NCBI GenBank assembly: GCA_963555755.3
Contig: OY820905.2
Coordinates: forward strand, 96,001-160,000
Reading direction: 5' to 3'
DNA: 64,000 nt
Origin: Nitrospirales bacterium
Lineage (GTDB): Bacteria; Nitrospirota; Nitrospiria; Nitrospirales; UBA8639
The notes beneath the pieces are model-generated. The model did no database searches and had not been told where the DNA came from. It saw nothing but the letters and a program-made list of their open reading frames with translations. The translations under genes and the position numbers were made by a program. Every line of letters begins with the position of its first letter. Position 1 is the stretch's first letter. Shown here one piece after another: positions 39,184 to 49,634 of this stretch.

Positions 39184-41334
39184 ATGTTTGGGTTTCTAAG
39201 TTTCTTTTTCATTGTTTCGAGTATCCTTTTTTCTGCCATTCCCTCAACCGTGGTTTTCGCAGCGGAATCTTTATCAGGAAGTCCCGATGAAGATGTGCAA
39301 GAACTAGGCGAATATATCGTCAGTGATACACGTCTGCCTGCCTTTAAAAGCAGTACCTATGCCATTCCATCAAAAGTCTCCGTGATTACATCGGATGATA
39401 TTCAGGCACTTGGTGCCAGGACCGTTCAGGAAGCCATTCAGTATTCTACGGGGGTCGTTCTTTATGATGCCGTCGGCAATAACTTTGAGCAAACGATTGA
39501 TCTGCGGGGTTTTAATGGTCAACCATTTCCCTCCACTACCGTCTTTGTTGATGGTGTTCGAATAAACGATCCGGACACTAATACCGTCAACTTTGAACTA
39601 ATTCCAATTGAATCGATTGATCGGATAGAGATCTACCCTGGGTCTTCAGCTATTTTTGGCAAAAATGCCTTAGGCGGCACTATCAATATCTTGACGAAAA
39701 ATGGATCTTCGCAGCACCGATTAAAGGGCGGTGTGAATTTTGGTAGCTTTCAACGTCAGCTATTTTCTGCTCAAGCTTCAGGACCGATAAGAGAAAAATT
39801 TCAATATTTCACTTCGTTTTCGCGTGAATTAGAAAAAGGATATCGAGATAATTCTGGAGCAAGGATCTCTCGGTTTTTCGGGAAAATTGGGTACAAGCCT
39901 TCTTCCCATACCGATATTAATGCTTCTTTTACATACGTGAAAGATAGAATTTTCCAAGCAGGGTCTTTGCCCCTTTCCATTGCAACTGTTGATCCAACCA
40001 GGAATTTTACTAGCGGAGACTTTCATGATAGGGAAAATAATGCTGTTAGAATCAATATAAGACAACAGTTTTTGGGTGGATTTTCGATTGCAGTCAATGG
40101 GTTTTATCAACGGCTTCAGGAAGAGGGCCAAATTATAGGGCAAACTTCACAAATAAATGCCTTGTCGGATGTTGAATCTTGGGGAGGGACCATGCAATTG
40201 TCCAATCAATCTGAGATTCTTGGGCAATCGAATGATTTGGTATTTGGGGGGGAATTTACAAGAAATGATTTTGGGAATGACGATACCGCCTTTTTCTTTG
40301 CTTTCCCTACATTTCCGACTCTTACCAACACTGCTATCGATGAGGATGTGCTCGCTCTCTATTTTCAGAATACACTCACATTGTGGTCAAAAGTAATAGT
40401 AACGGGTGGTGTTCGATATGACCATGATCAATTTGGCTATACCGATAATATTACTCCTGCAAATAACATAAGCCGCCGTTTTAATCGAGCGACACCGAGA
40501 GCAAGCATTACCTACTTAATTTTTCCGACAACAAGTGTATTTTTCCAATACAGCAAAGGGTTTCGTGTGCCAACGGTCGCACAACTGTTTACGTCACGAG
40601 GTGTTTTCGGATCTTCCGATCCTAACCTGAGGCCTGTCAAGACGACAAATTATGAAGTAGGAATCAAAACTCGCTTGGGCAAACATTTGGAGGGAACAGT
40701 AACAGCTTTTCACACCGATGTCACAGATGAAATCATTACCTCCTGTGGGGATCCTACCTGTGCCCCTGTTGCCTCAAATAGAAATATCGACAGGAGTAGG
40801 CGACGGGGAGTTGAGGTGACGGTGAAAGGAATGTTCGACAAATATGTTGATGGAAGCGTTAATTATACGTTCACTGAGGCAACGTTTCAGTCTAATGTGA
40901 CTACCAGTCCTTTCTTCCTCATGGGTAGCCCATTCATCGAAACGATTTCAGCCGGGGACTCCTTTCCTATGGTTCCCAAACATCGAATAAGCGCTATTGG
41001 AAATTACCATCCTATACCTGGGATGACCCTGTCTTTGATTGGCCTCTATGTCAGTCCGCAGTTCCTTCTCAATGATTCGAGTAATTCCAAAGCACGTCTA
41101 CCTAGTTATTTCGTGTTGAATGTCAAAGCCTCAATGGAGCGTTCAGTGCCGGGTGGGATTTTGAAAGGGTTTTTAATGCTCAATAATATTACGGACGTCA
41201 CATATTTCTCTCAGGGCATATATTTTCCAAATTTGGTCACTGGAGGTGGTGTGCTTGAACAATTTGTTGTCCCGGGATATCCATTTAATGTGTATGGTGG
41301 AATAAGCTTCGAGTTTGATGGTTTTTCAGGGTAG
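39184..41334 (+). CDS. btuB: TonB-dependent receptor, BtuB-like
   Basis: Plug motifs (IDLRGF, VDGVRIND, IDRIEI, ALGGTINI), beta-barrel, B12 riboswitch upstream. Confidence 0.8.
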   Translation: MFGFLSFFFIVSSILFSAIPSTVVFAAESLSGSPDEDVQELGEYIVSDTRLPAFKSSTYAIPSKVSVITSDDIQALGARTVQEAIQYSTGVVLYDAVGNNFEQTIDLRGFNGQPFPSTTVFVDGVRINDPDTNTVNFELIPIESIDRIEIYPGSSAIFGKNALGGTINILTKNGSSQHRLKGGVNFGSFQRQLFSAQASGPIREKFQYFTSFSRELEKGYRDNSGARISRFFGKIGYKPSSHTDINASFTYVKDRIFQAGSLPLSIATVDPTRNFTSGDFHDRENNAVRINIRQQFLGGFSIAVNGFYQRLQEEGQIIGQTSQINALSDVESWGGTMQLSNQSEILGQSNDLVFGGEFTRNDFGNDDTAFFFAFPTFPTLTNTAIDEDVLALYFQNTLTLWSKVIVTGGVRYDHDQFGYTDNITPANNISRRFNRATPRASITYLIFPTTSVFFQYSKGFRVPTVAQLFTSRGVFGSSDPNLRPVKTTNYEVGIKTRLGKHLEGTVTAFHTDVTDEIITSCGDPTCAPVASNRNIDRSRRRGVEVTVKGMFDKYVDGSVNYTFTEATFQSNVTTSPFFLMGSPFIETISAGDSFPMVPKHRISAIGNYHPIPGMTLSLIGLYVSPQFLLNDSSNSKARLPSYFVLNVKASMERSVPGGILKGFLMLNNITDVTYFSQGIYFPNLVTGGGVLEQFVVPGYPFNVYGGISFEFDGFSG

Positions 41335-41357
41335 CCTATGAGAAGGAATTCCTTATA

Positions 41358-42764
41358 TTGAATCACCCACGACTCATCATTGCCGGTACGCATAGTGGGG
41401 GCGGGAAAACTACCGTTTCACTTGCGTTAATGGGTGCTTTGGCTAGAAAAGGACGTCGGGTTCAACCGTTTAAGGTTGGGCCTGACTTTCTTGATCCGAC
41501 TCATCATCGAGCGGCCACGGGGCGGCAGTCTTACAATCTTGATGGGTGGATGTTGGATGCGGCTACAAATCTGGAAATTTTTCAGAAGGCTGCGTCGGAT
41601 GCAGATATTTCCATCATTGAAGGGATGATGGGGTTATTTGATGGCGCCTCGCCTACGGATGAGGCAGGGAGTACCGCTCAGATGGCCAAGCATCTTAAGG
41701 CTCCTGTCCTACTCGTCGTGGATGGCAGTGCGATGGCGAGGTCCGTTGCTGCTTTGGTGTATGGCTATTCTACCTTCGATTGTTCTGTTCAGGTTGTGGG
41801 TGTGTTGTTCAATAGAGTGAATAGCGAGGGACACTTTCGATTATTGAAGGATGCGGTCGAGGGCAGTTCCGCAGTTACTGTGGTTGGATATTTAAAGCAA
41901 GATGCTGAGTTGATTATTGAGGATCGACATCTAGGGTTACGGGTGGCGTTTGAGGGGCAAGAAACTGACGTGTATGACAAGCTTGGGAATGCTGCCTTGG
42001 CGACGGTTGATCTCGAGAAGATTGAGGAATTAGCTGCTCAGACTAGTGATTATGTTTATGAAAATAAGAAATCCAATGTGCCGGATGGGCAAGCTTCTAG
42101 AGTTACACAATCAATCAAAGTTGGCATTGCCTATGATTCGGCCTTTTGTTTTTATTATCAAGAAAATTTCAACGCCCTTCGCGACCAAGGCGCGGAACTG
42201 ATTTTCTTCTCCCCGTTGGCCGACTCTGAATTGCCCAAGGTTGATTTACTCTATTTAGGCGGGGGATATCCCGAGCTCCATGCCAAAGCCTTATCGAACA
42301 ATGTTGGCTTGCGCCAAGCCATCAAAGACTTGGCCTTGCGAGGCGGCGCGATTTATGCGGAATGTGGCGGGCTGATGTATTTGATGGACTCGATCCAAGG
42401 TTTTGATGGAGAGCAATTTCCCATGGTAAGTCTTTTCCCTTTCACGGCAAAGATGTCTCGTTCTCACATGATGATTGGGTATCGATATCTTGAAGTCGTC
42501 GAGACTTGTATGCTTGGGGCGTCGGGGTTTCAGGCTAGGGGTCATGAGTTTCATTATTCGACGCTGGTCCCTCTCGATCAGAACACACAGGGACACTATG
42601 TGTGTCGGATTGCCGATGCCTCTCGCTCACGAGAGGGAGTGGATGGGTTGGTGTTTCACAATACTCTGGCCTTGTATTCACACCTGCATTTTGGCAGCCA
42701 ACCCCTCCTGGCCAAAAATCTTGTGGAATTTGCGAGACAAACGAGTCCGCGGTCTTACTCATGA
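41358..42764 (+). CDS. cbiA: Cobyrinate a,c-diamide synthase (CbiA/CobB)
   Basis: SGGGKTT, FKVGPDFLD, IEGMMGLFDG, GGGYPEL, AECGGLMYL, GHEFHYS. Confidence 0.93.
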   Translation: MNHPRLIIAGTHSGGGKTTVSLALMGALARKGRRVQPFKVGPDFLDPTHHRAATGRQSYNLDGWMLDAATNLEIFQKAASDADISIIEGMMGLFDGASPTDEAGSTAQMAKHLKAPVLLVVDGSAMARSVAALVYGYSTFDCSVQVVGVLFNRVNSEGHFRLLKDAVEGSSAVTVVGYLKQDAELIIEDRHLGLRVAFEGQETDVYDKLGNAALATVDLEKIEELAAQTSDYVYENKKSNVPDGQASRVTQSIKVGIAYDSAFCFYYQENFNALRDQGAELIFFSPLADSELPKVDLLYLGGGYPELHAKALSNNVGLRQAIKDLALRGGAIYAECGGLMYLMDSIQGFDGEQFPMVSLFPFTAKMSRSHMMIGYRYLEVVETCMLGASGFQARGHEFHYSTLVPLDQNTQGHYVCRIADASRSREGVDGLVFHNTLALYSHLHFGSQPLLAKNLVEFARQTSPRSYS

Positions 42765-42818
42765 AAAGAACTGGGCATTCAAACTTGATGCCTGTTTTCC
42801 ACCTAGGTTGCGAAACCC

Positions 42819-43013
42819 ATGTCTTTATCTCACAATGATCTAACCTCATCCAAGACATGTGAGCGTTGCGGTCAACTCTTTTTCTGTGGCCCCAGCTATA
42901 CGTGCTGGTGTCATGAGATTATTCTGACTGAGCAACAACGTGATTTGGTTTCTGTAAAATTTTCTGGCTGTATTTGTCAGGCCTGCTTGGAAAAAATAAG
43001 CCGAAATTCATGA
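42819..43013 (+). CDS. Cysteine-rich CWC family protein
   Basis: CERCG..F.CG....CWC...CICQACL. Confidence 0.8.
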   Translation: MSLSHNDLTSSKTCERCGQLFFCGPSYTCWCHEIILTEQQRDLVSVKFSGCICQACLEKISRNS

Positions 43014-43051
43014 GGGAAATAGTGTTTCGTGCAATGTGATCAGAAGGCCAA

Positions 43052-43648
43052 TTGATGAGGATCTCTAAAGTTTATACGAAAACTGGTGATGGTGGTCTCA
43101 CTCGGCTGGCCGGAGGTCAAGAAATTGAGAAAGATGCGATTCGAGTTGAGGCGTATGGTACCGTTGATGAGTTGAATTCGATTGTTGGGTTGGTTCGCGT
43201 GTTCAATCAGAAAGAAGGCAATACGGGTGATGCCTCCACTCAGTTGGATGAATATTTGAAATGGATTCAACATAAGTTGTTCGATATTGGGGGATTGCTT
43301 GCGACCGCTCCAGGGCAAGAATTTAAGAATATGCCACAGGTGACTGTCCAAGATGTCGAGCAGTTGGAACATTGGATTGATCATTGCCAGGAAGATTTAG
43401 CTCCCTTGAAAGAGTTTCTCTTGCCGGGAGGGGGGCGTGTTTCCGGATTTCTTCATCAAGCTCGTACGGTTACCCGCCGAGCTGAACGTTTGTGTGTTCG
43501 CTTAGCCAGGGAGGAATCGATTGCGCCTCACATTGTTCCATTTTTGAACCGTTTGAGTGATGCATTTTTTGTGTTTGCGCGTTGGATTGCCCATCATACA
43601 GGAGAGCCAGAGTTTTTATGGGATCGATCAGTTACAAGAACATCATAG
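43052..43648 (+). CDS. PduO-type ATP:cob(I)alamin adenosyltransferase
   Basis: KVYTKTGDGG, YGTVDELNS, ARTVTRRAER, LNRLSD. Confidence 0.95.
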   Translation: MMRISKVYTKTGDGGLTRLAGGQEIEKDAIRVEAYGTVDELNSIVGLVRVFNQKEGNTGDASTQLDEYLKWIQHKLFDIGGLLATAPGQEFKNMPQVTVQDVEQLEHWIDHCQEDLAPLKEFLLPGGGRVSGFLHQARTVTRRAERLCVRLAREESIAPHIVPFLNRLSDAFFVFARWIAHHTGEPEFLWDRSVTRTS

Positions 43649-44064
43649 TCTTCAGCGTGCTGGTTATCCTTATTATCGGTGGGTTTGTTTTTTCAAAACG
43701 CAAGCCGGCAACCCTGAATATCCCAAATGATCCCAAGGCGCATGAGGCTCTTCAACTGGTACAATCTCATCCGGCTCGAAATGCTCCGACTCTTGAGCAG
43801 GCGGTTGATCAGTACCTTCGAGAATTGGAAGCCAAGGGGACGCCATTTCATAAGGGGGAATGGCAGGTTGGGGAGGAACAACCAGGAGTGTATGCAGTCA
43901 GAATTCTGATTCGGGAAAAAGGCTTCAATCAATGGATTGAACGAGAGTTTGCCTGGCGGGTAATGATGAAGGATCAAACCATTCGTGTCATATCATTAGC
44001 GGCGATTCATTTTATGCCGTTTCATGAGTTGCCGCCGTTGCCTCATCAAGACCAAATCTCTTAG
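43618..44064 (+). CDS. Hypothetical membrane-anchored protein
   Basis: N-terminal TM segment; operonic overlap. Confidence 0.7.
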   Translation: MGSISYKNIIVFSVLVILIIGGFVFSKRKPATLNIPNDPKAHEALQLVQSHPARNAPTLEQAVDQYLRELEAKGTPFHKGEWQVGEEQPGVYAVRILIREKGFNQWIEREFAWRVMMKDQTIRVISLAAIHFMPFHELPPLPHQDQIS

Positions 44065-44184
44065 GGGACCGTTGCAAAAGGCCGCCAGCGGCGTTCTCGG
44101 CCCGTTGTCGTGCTCACGTACATGAGTACGCTCCGTGCGCCAACGGGCCTGCGGCCTTGCTGGACGGTCTTTTTGAACAGCCCC
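44064..44184. mobile_element. MITE family A, short form
   Basis: Same ccgccagcggcgttctcg...gtacgctccg...gccttgctggacgg body as 6603. Confidence 0.85.
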
Positions 44185-44190
44185 ATCCTT

Positions 44191-44526
44191 CTATGTGGAA
44201 CAGTCCTGCTTCTCAAGAGCAATTTGTATAGTGCCGTCGTTGACTCTCAACGTAAAACACGATACCGCCCAATCATCAACCGGGTTTTTTAGACATTCTC
44301 CGGTTCGGACATTGAATGTCCAGCCATGCCATGGACATCGGACAATGTCTCCTTGAAGCGTCCCTTCGCCCAATGGACCACCAGCATGGGGACAGGTGTT
44401 ATCCAGCGCAAACAGCTCTCCCTCTACGTTAAACAGCGCGACCTCACGGCCAGTGTCATCCAATTCCACAGATAGGCAGGATCCAGGAAGGAGATCGGAC
44501 AATTTGGCCGCGTCAATATAGTTCAA
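44191..44526 (-). CDS. Rieske [2Fe-2S] ferredoxin
   Basis: CPHAGGPL and CPWHGW. Confidence 0.92.
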   Translation of the reverse strand: MNYIDAAKLSDLLPGSCLSVELDDTGREVALFNVEGELFALDNTCPHAGGPLGEGTLQGDIVRCPWHGWTFNVRTGECLKNPVDDWAVSCFTLRVNDGTIQIALEKQDCST

Positions 44527-44689
44527 TGTTTTCCTTGCTCATGGATGGTGTCATGGCTAAAATAAAAGTCTAGCAAGGTTGGTATCATGCTGCAAGGGAG
44601 CGGCCTGTTGCTTCATTGCCTACGCTGATGCTATACACACACGGAACCAGATCGCGGCATTGGCATTGATGTGGAGGTCCAGGTAGCTG

Positions 44690-45226
44690 ATGGAAATGAC
44701 TCTCCTTCTGAATACCACCTATGAACCCTTGCGTGTGGTCAATTGGAAAAAGGCTATTACCTTATTGTGCCAAGATAAGGTCGAAGTCCTTGAATTTTAT
44801 GAGCGAGATATTCGTGGTGTAACGATTACCTTCAAGCTCCCTTCGGTGATGCGGCTCCTCAAGGTGGTGAAATTTAGGTCCGCCCCTCGAGCGGTTAAAT
44901 TTTCCCGAATCAATATTTTTACGCGCGATAAGTACACGTGCCAATACTGCTGGAAGAAGTATCGTACAGAAGAATTGACCTTCGATCATGTCGTGCCTAT
45001 TGCCAGAGGTGGAAAGAAAACCTGGGAAAATATCGCGACTGCCTGTTGGCGGTGCAATAACAAAAAAAGTGGACGGACGCCGGCAGAAGCTCATATGCGC
45101 CTGAAAAAGAAGCCGGAGAAACCGCGCTGGAATCCGACGTTGACCATAATGATCGGGATTCGACATGCGCCAAATAGTTGGAGAGATTACTTGTATTGGC
45201 ATATGGAATTAGACACGGATGAATAA
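44690..45226 (+). CDS. HNH endonuclease
   Basis: RDKYTCQYC, TFDHVVP, WENIATACWRCNNKK. Confidence 0.93.
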   Translation: MEMTLLLNTTYEPLRVVNWKKAITLLCQDKVEVLEFYERDIRGVTITFKLPSVMRLLKVVKFRSAPRAVKFSRINIFTRDKYTCQYCWKKYRTEELTFDHVVPIARGGKKTWENIATACWRCNNKKSGRTPAEAHMRLKKKPEKPRWNPTLTIMIGIRHAPNSWRDYLYWHMELDTDE

Positions 45227-45403
45227 TATGTCGCTGTCTTCCTGTGTGTTCTTGTCTGATATGTGATCGGGTGTGTGCCGCTGTGTGATCCTGCCTGTGT
45301 GTTTCCTTTTTCAACCAATAGGTTAGATGGTGGTGTGGAGCCGATTGGCTGTTGTGGGTTCAAGAGATATTCAGCGGAATGTCTGGTGTGATGAGAAGGA
45401 GTC

Positions 45404-46045
45404 GTGATGAGTGAAAATGCAGGATTTCAAATTTCTCTGGATATTCAGGGTCGGTTATGTGTGGTCATTGGTGGGGGTGATGAGGCATTTGAAAGAATAT
45501 CCCGCTTGTTGGATGCGGGCGCGAAAGTCATCGTCGTCACTCCCACCCTCAATACTCCTCTCAAGAAATTAACGGCCTCGGGAAAGATTATACATCGTGG
45601 CAGGCATTTTCGATCCACGGATACGCAGGATGCATTTTTAATTCTGAACCTGTTGCGTGAAGATACGGATCTGTCGAAATCACTATTTGACCTTGCTAAA
45701 ACGGAGCGGTTCTTGGTGTGGTCGATTGATCAATCAAGCCGGTCCACTGTGATGATGCCGGCGGTGGTGGAGCGTGGCGCGCTTCGTATCGCCATTAGTA
45801 CCAGTGGCGCCTCGCCAGCCTTGGCGAGTGTGTTACGTCAAAATTGCGAAGTTATCTTTGATGATGAATTCGGACAGTTCCTTGACTGGTTGGGATCGTT
45901 ACGCGAAGAATTACAGAAGAATGAACCGAAAGAAACAAAGCGCCGGGAGCGACTCAGGGAAGCTGTTGAGGGATTTGGTTTGACTGGGAAGGTGACCTAT
46001 CCGGGCTCGTGGATTGCGCATAAAGAACAATCGGCCTCTTCTTAG
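45404..46045 (+). CDS. Precorrin-2 dehydrogenase/sirohydrochlorin ferrochelatase-like protein (SirC/CysG N-terminus)
   Basis: VVIGGG, IAISTSGASPALA. Confidence 0.85.
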   Translation: MMSENAGFQISLDIQGRLCVVIGGGDEAFERISRLLDAGAKVIVVTPTLNTPLKKLTASGKIIHRGRHFRSTDTQDAFLILNLLREDTDLSKSLFDLAKTERFLVWSIDQSSRSTVMMPAVVERGALRIAISTSGASPALASVLRQNCEVIFDDEFGQFLDWLGSLREELQKNEPKETKRRERLREAVEGFGLTGKVTYPGSWIAHKEQSASS

Positions 46046-46075
46046 GTTCTGCGCAGAAATACGTTGAACAAATCA

Positions 46076-46263
46076 GAAATTCAAATATCGAAATCCAAAA
46101 CAAATCCGAAATCCAAAACCCGAATGTCTCAAACGGCTCGACAGGGTGGGCGAATTGGCAAATTCGTTTTTCAGGCTCGTTCTGGCGGTCTTGCGGCGTT
46201 TAAGTCATTTGAAATTTGGTCATTTGAATTTGTTTCGAATTTCGACATTCGTATTTTGAATTT
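46076..46263. repeat. Inverted degenerate heptamer arrays (AAATCCA-like / TTTGAAT-like)
   Basis: Direct inspection. Confidence 0.7.
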
Positions 46264-46305
46264 GATACCCGAGCGGCTCCTTCATCGAACAAGGGTGGTA
46301 CATCT

Positions 46306-46614
46306 ATGGTGTTGCTAGAATTCAGCATGTCTCCGTTAGGGAAAGGCGAAAGTGTGGGGAAGTATGTTTCTCGCTCATTGGAGATTGTCGATCAGAGTGG
46401 GGTGGAGTATCGCCTCAATCCCATGGGAACGGTACTTGAAGGCGAGTGGGATGACGTGATGGATGTGGTTCGCCAATGTTATGAGCGGATGAGAAAAGAT
46501 TGCAATCGGATTTCATGCACGATGAAAGTTGATTTTCGAAAAGGAAAAAACGGTCGATTGAGTGGCAAGGTCGCCAGTGTCGAAAAACGCCTCAAGCGAA
46601 AGCTGAAAACGTAA
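46306..46614 (+). CDS. MTH1187 family thiamine-binding protein
   Basis: EFSMSPLGKGESV, YRLNPMGTVLEGEWD, KVASV. Confidence 0.9.
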   Translation: MVLLEFSMSPLGKGESVGKYVSRSLEIVDQSGVEYRLNPMGTVLEGEWDDVMDVVRQCYERMRKDCNRISCTMKVDFRKGKNGRLSGKVASVEKRLKRKLKT

Positions 46615-46617
46615 AAC

Positions 46618-46707
46618 CGTGATGCGTAAAGCGTGAAGCGTAATGCGTAAAAAAGGAAAAAGGAGTCTTCCTTTACGGATCACGCTTCACGCTTCACGCA
46701 TTACGTT
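46618..46707. repeat. Inverted heptamer arrays (GCGTGAA)n / (TTCACGC)n; related copy at 53204-53282
   Basis: Direct inspection. Confidence 0.8.
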
Positions 46708-47874
46708 TTATGTCAGCGGTTCATACACCCGATTGACTCTTGGGCCGATATTGCACAAGACTTCATACGGAATCGATTCCTGCCAATTCGCGATATCTAT
46801 CGCTGAAATCGTTTCTGTTCCTTGACTGCCCAACAATACCACATTACTTTCGACCCGAGCCTCGGGCACATCAGTGATATCGATCAGCGTCATATCCATA
46901 CAAATTGTTCCCACAATGGGGACACGTGTGTTTTCAACGAGCACTTCGCCTCCGTTGGAGAGTAATCGGTTATAGCCGTGAGTATAGCCAATGGGAAGGA
47001 TACCAATGCGGGAAGGTCGAGTTGTCCGATAGGCTCCGCTGTAGCTGAGGGATTCCCCGGCTGCGATGGTTCTGGTTTGCACGATTTGCGTGGAAAGGCT
47101 GAGCACGGGTTTCAGGGCTAATGGTATGGGAGTGATGTGCTGGGGTGGTAGATAGCCATACAGCAAGAGTCCGGGTCTGACCATATCTAGGTGCGATTGA
47201 GGGTGCAAAACCATGCCTGCCGTATTGGCCACATGCAGACATGGGATTGTGATTCCCTTGAGCCGGAGTTGCTCGGCCATTGCTTGAAACTGGCTAAGTT
47301 GTTGCAATGTGAAGGTAGGATCGGGATTGTCGGCATCGGCCAAATGCGTCATGAGGCTCTCAATCACCAACGGCCCTCGAAAGAGGGGAGAGTCGAGGAG
47401 GGTGAAGACCGCCTCAGGTTTGAGGCCGAGCCTGCTCATTCCCGTATCGACTTTCACGTGGACTGGAAAGGGAGTCTGGTCTGTTGAGAGCGCCTTCCCA
47501 AGTTGTTGAGCGAGGTCGGTGTCGGAAATAACTGGCGTGAGTTGATAGTGAAGAAGGTCATGAAGTTGCCTGGAAAATATGCCTCCTAGGACGATGATGG
47601 TTCCCGTCAATCCTGCTTCGCGTAAGGTCACCCCTTCCTGAATTGTGGCCACCCCAAATTTGGAGATGCCCAAGTGAGCTAACGTCTCGGCAATGACAAT
47701 GCTGCCATGCCCGTATCCATCGGCTTTGACAATGGCTAAAATTTCACAGCCTGGGCCAAGGAATCGCCGCAATTCGACAAGGTTGTGAGCTAAGACGGGA
47801 AGTTTGATCGTTGCAATTGTGGGGGAGAGGTAAGAGGAAAGCGATGAGGTTGCTGGAGATAGAAAAGCTGTCAT
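46708..47874 (-). CDS. alr: Alanine racemase
   Basis: VKADGYGHG, KVDTGMSRLG, VRPGLLLYG, ICMD. Confidence 0.96.
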   Translation of the reverse strand: MTAFLSPATSSLSSYLSPTIATIKLPVLAHNLVELRRFLGPGCEILAIVKADGYGHGSIVIAETLAHLGISKFGVATIQEGVTLREAGLTGTIIVLGGIFSRQLHDLLHYQLTPVISDTDLAQQLGKALSTDQTPFPVHVKVDTGMSRLGLKPEAVFTLLDSPLFRGPLVIESLMTHLADADNPDPTFTLQQLSQFQAMAEQLRLKGITIPCLHVANTAGMVLHPQSHLDMVRPGLLLYGYLPPQHITPIPLALKPVLSLSTQIVQTRTIAAGESLSYSGAYRTTRPSRIGILPIGYTHGYNRLLSNGGEVLVENTRVPIVGTICMDMTLIDITDVPEARVESNVVLLGSQGTETISAIDIANWQESIPYEVLCNIGPRVNRVYEPLT

Positions 47875-47887
47875 AATACCATTGTCA

Positions 47888-48020
47888 CTACTCAGGTCAT
47901 CTCCCTTTTGCCGCAGGCCGGTGTTGCTGTGGTGCTCAAATCCTCACGTAATTTTAAATACACTCCGGTTTTCCGCTCCTCGCGCCTTGTCCTGAGCCAA
48001 AATTGAGGCACCCTGAGTAG
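47888..48020. mobile_element. MITE family F (family B-like core, different termini)
   Basis: ctactcagg / cctgagtag ends; core tgctcaaatcctcacgta...tacactccggttttccg. Confidence 0.7.
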
Positions 48021-48032
48021 GGACATACCATT

Positions 48033-48599
48033 TTAAATTTCGAGTATCTCTTCCTCCTTTTTCTTCAATAATTCGTCAACCTTTTTGGTGTCCGCGTCCG
48101 TGACCTTTTGAATCTCGTTCTCACTACGGCGCAAATCATCTTCGGTGATGGTCGAATTTTTTTGGAGTTTTTTGAGCTCCTCATTGCCTTCTCGTCGAAT
48201 GCCACGAATATGAATCTTGGTGTCTTCCCCGTATTTCTTACTGACTTTCACAAGATCTTTTCGCCGTTCTTCGCTCAAGGGCGGGATCGGCAGGCGAAGC
48301 AGTTTTCCGTCATTTGAGGGGGTGATGCCCAGGTCGGAGGTGACAATGGCTTTTTCAATCTCCTTAATAATCGACATGTCCCACGGTTGAATCGTGATCA
48401 TGCGTCCATCCGGCATCGCGAGGTTGCTCACTTGCTTGAGAGGGGTGGGGGTCCCATAGTAGTCCACTTTGATGTGATCCAACATCGAAAGCGACGCTCG
48501 GCCGCCACGAAGACCAGCTAACTCTTTTTTCAGGTGCTCAAGCACCCCGTCCATTTTTGCTCTCACTTTTTCAAGGGATGGTGTATAGGGCATGAGCAA
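48033..48599 (-). CDS. frr: Ribosome recycling factor
   Basis: GRAS, VDYYGTPTPL, PPLSEERRK. Confidence 0.97.
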   Translation of the reverse strand: MLMPYTPSLEKVRAKMDGVLEHLKKELAGLRGGRASLSMLDHIKVDYYGTPTPLKQVSNLAMPDGRMITIQPWDMSIIKEIEKAIVTSDLGITPSNDGKLLRLPIPPLSEERRKDLVKVSKKYGEDTKIHIRGIRREGNEELKKLQKNSTITEDDLRRSENEIQKVTDADTKKVDELLKKKEEEILEI

Positions 48600-48618
48600 T
48601 CACCTCATCATGAAGGTG

Positions 48619-48909
48619 GGAGCCTGTTCAAGATTAGAGAGATCTACTGCGGGTGCGCTGGATTTGGCCAGATCTTCCGATCCTTTTCGGGGAAGGTTGA
48701 AAAAGACCGCCAGCTGCGTTCTCGGGCTTTTGGCGTGCTCACGTACTGCGTGTACGCTCCGTGCGCCCAAAGCCCTGCGGCCTTGCTGGACGGCCTTTTT
48801 CAAACTTCCCCGTTTTCGTTGAATAGTCCCACTCTTCGCCTCAAACGATCGAAACATCTGACTCAAACCAGCACCCCCTCGCGATGATTGCTAATCTTGG
48901 ACAGGCTCC
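48619..48909. mobile_element. MITE family E with nested family A copy (48690-48810)
   Basis: Reverse complement of 34573-34735; c(c/g)ttttcg duplicated around the inner element; outer end overlaps the pyrH stop. Confidence 0.88.
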
Positions 48910-49634
48910 TAGGGCGAATTTTGAGTCACGAGGGTGCCGATTTTTTCTCCGTGAACGACACGTTTCAGATTTCCTGACTGTGTGAGGTTGAAGACCAGCA
49001 GGGAAAGCTTATTGTCCATGCATAACGTGATGGCTGTAGAATCCATGACTTGTAAACTTTTATTGAGGATTGTTAAAAACTGGATTTCCTCAAACATTGT
49101 GGCCGAGGGATTGGTGGTAGGATCCGAATCATAAATGCCATTCACCTTTGTGCCTTTTAAAAGAATATCGGCTCCAATTTCCATAGCTCGGAGTGCGGCA
49201 GCCGTATCGGTGGTAAAATACGGGTTTCCGGTCCCGGCGGCAAAGATGACTACACGTTTTTTTTCGAGATGGCGAATGGCCCGTCGTCGAATATAGCCTT
49301 CGGCCAATTGCTTCATTTCGATGGCAGAAAGGACTCGTGTGGGGATGTCAAGTTTTTCCAGTGCGTTTTGAAGAGCTAAGGCATTGAGCATGGTGGCTAA
49401 CATACCCATATAGTCAGCCGATGCGCGTTCCATGCCAGATGCACTGGCGGCAATGCCACGAAAAATGTTACCGCCACCAATGACCAACGCCACCTCGACA
49501 TCCATACGGACGACCTCGCCGATTTCCTGGGCGAGGGTGGTGAGGATCTCGGGATGAATGCCATAGGCTTGTGAGCCTGCCAGCATTTCGCCACTAATTT
49601 TTAACAGGATACGGTGGTACCGAATGGGCGTCAT
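48909..49634 (-). CDS. pyrH: UMP kinase
   Basis: [25 protein letters not shown]. Confidence 0.97.
   Translation of the reverse strand: MTPIRYHRILLKISGEMLAGSQAYGIHPEILTTLAQEIGEVVRMDVEVALVIGGGNIFRGIAASASGMERASADYMGMLATMLNALALQNALEKLDIPTRVLSAIEMKQLAEGYIRRRAIRHLEKKRVVIFAAGTGNPYFTTDTAAALRAMEIGADILLKGTKVNGIYDSDPTTNPSATMFEEIQFLTILNKSLQVMDSTAITLCMDNKLSLLVFNLTQSGNLKRVVHGEKIGTLVTQNSP

Noticed and set aside
46064..46318. 84-aa ORF MNKSEIQISKSKTNPK...
   Set aside because: Translation of heptamer repeat arrays
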